Under the pieces are notes generated by a model. It saw only the letters and a program-made list of their open reading frames with translations, was not told the origin of the DNA and did not search any database. Positions 61,032-64,000 of a stretch of 64,000 nt of DNA are shown here, piece by piece. How positions within the stretch are numbered: position 1 is the first letter of the stretch; the number at the start of each line of letters is the position of its first letter. Source of the DNA: Callorhinchus milii (lineage: Eukaryota); assembly GCF_018977255.1 (NCBI RefSeq), contig NW_024704743.1, forward strand, positions 102,674,001 to 102,738,000, given 5' to 3'. A program made the position numbers and the translations under genes.

Positions 61032-63057
61032 CTGCAACACAGAAACAAGAGTTCATCATCAGGTCCAAATAAAGAAACAGTATCCTGCACACAGGATTAC
61101 AAAGCACAAAGCAATGTGATGTGAATAAGATGGCTGGTGTTCACCTACAAATATACAGTCACTGTACCTTACAGTGAAGCCTGTGAAATGCTTTGAGACA
61201 TTTCAACGACGTGATAAGGTGCTGAATCAAATACAAGTTTATTATGATGAGTTATCACATTGACTAAAATTGTGTTCAAAAATTGGTACAGCTGGTGGCA
61301 GCAGTACCAATTTTAGTTTCAGAGCTGGGCCCAGAGGGGGTTAGAGTCAAGTTAAGACTGAGCCAAACTGTGAGGGAGCTGGCCAAAACCCCAGTGAAAG
61401 AAGTAGGTCTTCAGGCAGGTGGTGGGATTTTGGGAGGAAGGGAATAAAGTACCTGAAGGCTTCCCTGTCAATAGGAGGAATAACATTCAAATAATAATAA
61501 TTTGTAGTACGATTAGAAGTCTTTGACTTACCAAGAAAAAAATATATAGAGTTCTAGATACTTTGTTTGGAGTCATGACATAGCAAGAAGTTCTGGTCAA
61601 ACCAGACACACGAGGGTGGAGCTCATGAATTTTCTACTCAGCCTACAAATTAGATTACTCAGTTCAACTCCCTAATGCTTTCATATTGATATAAAGTATG
61701 CAAACATGGTTTTAAATGCAATGTTTAAATTATTCCTTTAACTGTTTTTAGTTGAACAGATGTTTAACTAACCCACAGGTGAAAGTAACATGGGATGATG
61801 TAATCAGCAGGCTGGACGACATGCACATTTACAATTGTGTGATTTCTGAAAAGGTCTAATCATCTGATTTTACTGTTTACTGGAAATATCACCTCAATTA
61901 TGTCAGAGAGAATGGAAACACCTGGGAGCATTACAAGCTCTAATCTAATCAAAGGACTCACACATCATGAACTGTGAGAATGAAACAAATTATAACCATC
62001 ATCTGAAGTCTCGGACTCAATTACCACCAGGAAATTGGTTCCATTTATATGAAGAGGTTTGAACACTGGGCTTGGTCAGTTTGTGATTTTTTTTCTGTTT
62101 AGACGGAGCTTACTTCAGTGCAGACAATGACTGTATCCGGTCATTAAAACACTGTGACATTGTGTGTCACAGGACTAGCCATTGAATTATTGGGGCTGCT
62201 GGTTTGTCGAGAGGTATATTAATCTGAATTTGCTCACTGGGAGGTTGCATTTAAGAATGTGAACATGGTTGGTAACTTTTCAAAGCAATTTCACTGTACT
62301 TCATGAACAAACTCCATTGCTGCAATTCTGTTTTTATTATGTTACATCACTGTGCTAAATAATGCAATTTAAATTGAATGCAGTTCTGGGGCTGGAAACT
62401 ACATGTGACTATACAACAACAACAAATTACATTTATACAGCATCTTGCAGGTCACCTTTTATATATAGTAACTAGGTATTGAGTCAACCTATTTTGTTAC
62501 AACACAGGCCAGAAAGCAGATAACACATTTATTCAATTTTCATCTGTTTTCTTTGTTAATTTGTCAATAGTCACAGATTGTATTTATTTTAATTATGCTT
62601 TCAAGCTTGTGAACACAGTAATTTATTCTCATAATTTAAAAAATCCCCAAACTGGTGATAGTCTGAAAAAAGGTCACTGAACACATCAGCAATTTCCTCA
62701 TATGTTGAACTTGAACCTAGAATAACATACAATAGATTACACCTTCAAAAATATCTGACAGCAATTTCAAAGGAACTCATTAGACCTCCAGCAGTCTATT
62801 TTTGACAAGTTGTTGATGAAATCTGAAACATGTTATGCCTCTTACTGTGCCTCATCATACTGACTGATCAGTTAAGCAATGAAATAAAGGCAAGCATGGA
62901 TATTTGGATGAAATTTACATGCTAGCTATATCAAATATATTGGAAAGGTATGTGAAATCAGGGGTTTTCAAATAACAACGTCCCTTGTGTCACAGGATAA
63001 TAGAACAAAGATATCAATTTATGTCAAGGCAACACTAATAAATACACTACAGGACGT

Positions 63058-63372
63058 GGAGTAATGTAGCTTAGTGGTTAGAGCACTCGCCTTGCAAGCG
63101 AGAGGACCTGTGTTCGATTCCCAGGCAGGGCAAAATGTTAGGCAACTTTCCTTACTCCACACACCTCTGTTTACCTAACAGTAAGTAGGAACCTGGTTGT
63201 CAGTTGATTGCTTTTCCAAGGGTAATAAACCCTTAAAAAAAGTACAATAAAATAAAGATTTGGTCACTCAATCCACAACTTTATGAATCACTGCTGGACG
63301 CAATTGGCTGTTTTAGAAGTGCTTTTAAACATCTTGAAGACATGAAAAGATGCCATATCAAATGCAAAGATT
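63058..63372 (+). mobile_element. tRNA-derived SINE, long variant
   Basis: Box A tagcttagtgg, box B gttcgattcc, extra segment cctctgtttacctaacagtaagtaggaac, degraded tail. Confidence 0.87.
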
Positions 63373-64000
63373 AACACGCAGGCGGCAGCAACACAGCTAT
63401 TTCAATAATACAGCGTGATTCACGTGAAATGCCTAAAATGCTTCCTTACAGTTATGTTAAACAAACTCGAGAGCGATGGACTAAACTATTACAAAACATG
63501 GATTCAGAGATAGCATGAAATGCAGCATGAATCACATTGCCAAGCAGGTCATTAATGAAACACAGACCTGAGGTGTTGCTATTAAGGGAAGTGATTAATA
63601 TATCATATGCTACAGCACTTATTCAATGTGAAGAATCAGGAAAGTAAAAATGACATTATGGATAGATCTATTTGTGAATAAAACCACAGTGTGAGTACCC
63701 TGTGAGGTGGGAATGAAATGCTGCTAAGAGTCAGTACTGAAATCTGACTGACATTAGGTCCAATGATCATACTGAGAATGGTGGGGGGTCCTCACATGAC
63801 TATAAACCCTAATTTTTCTGAATAGATTTGATATGTTAATTAACACATTAAGGGGTAGAAATTCCAAACTGGGTCTTGGTTTACTCTATTCATGTCGCTT
63901 TTCAATGTTCAGAATTTGACAAATTCTTAAATGACCCTAACCTCTGGAATTCCCTCCGTCAATCTTTCCACCCCACCCCCTCTCTATCTTTAACTTGGCG

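Noticed and set aside
61032..64000. Next upstream CSMD3 Sushi exon
   Set aside because: No Cys/Trp-patterned exon with AG/GT boundaries found; it presumably lies beyond the window.

Overview
Vertebrate genomic DNA, most likely from a cartilaginous fish (the SINE/L2/CR1 repertoire suggests a holocephalan such as elephant shark; this is inference). The only host gene I can support is the 3' end of CSMD3 on the minus strand. I traced 14 GT-AG coding exons by hand between 61031 and 23832. They total 1973 nt and splice into one uninterrupted frame encoding seven Sushi/CCP modules, a juxtamembrane region, a transmembrane helix and a cytoplasmic tail ending FENPMY...TVCTMV*. A roughly 2 kb repeat-free 3' UTR follows, with a likely AATAAA at 21828-21823. 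Positions 1-21800 are intergenic with no recognisable gene. The rest is 5'-truncated CR1 and L2 LINE fragments, a young tRNA-Ala-derived SINE family sharing its 3' stem-loop with L2, older DeuSINE-like relics, MITE-like inverted-repeat elements and a decayed 28S rRNA fragment. Most ORF-track entries are retroelement debris or noise. I see no convincing new protein-coding system. The best leads are an inverted L2 pair bracketing an in-frame 357-nt three-exon block, recurrent templated duplications at retroelement 5' junctions, an intronic 28S retrocopy, and two unclassified repeat families. Repeat boundaries were read by eye and are approximate.
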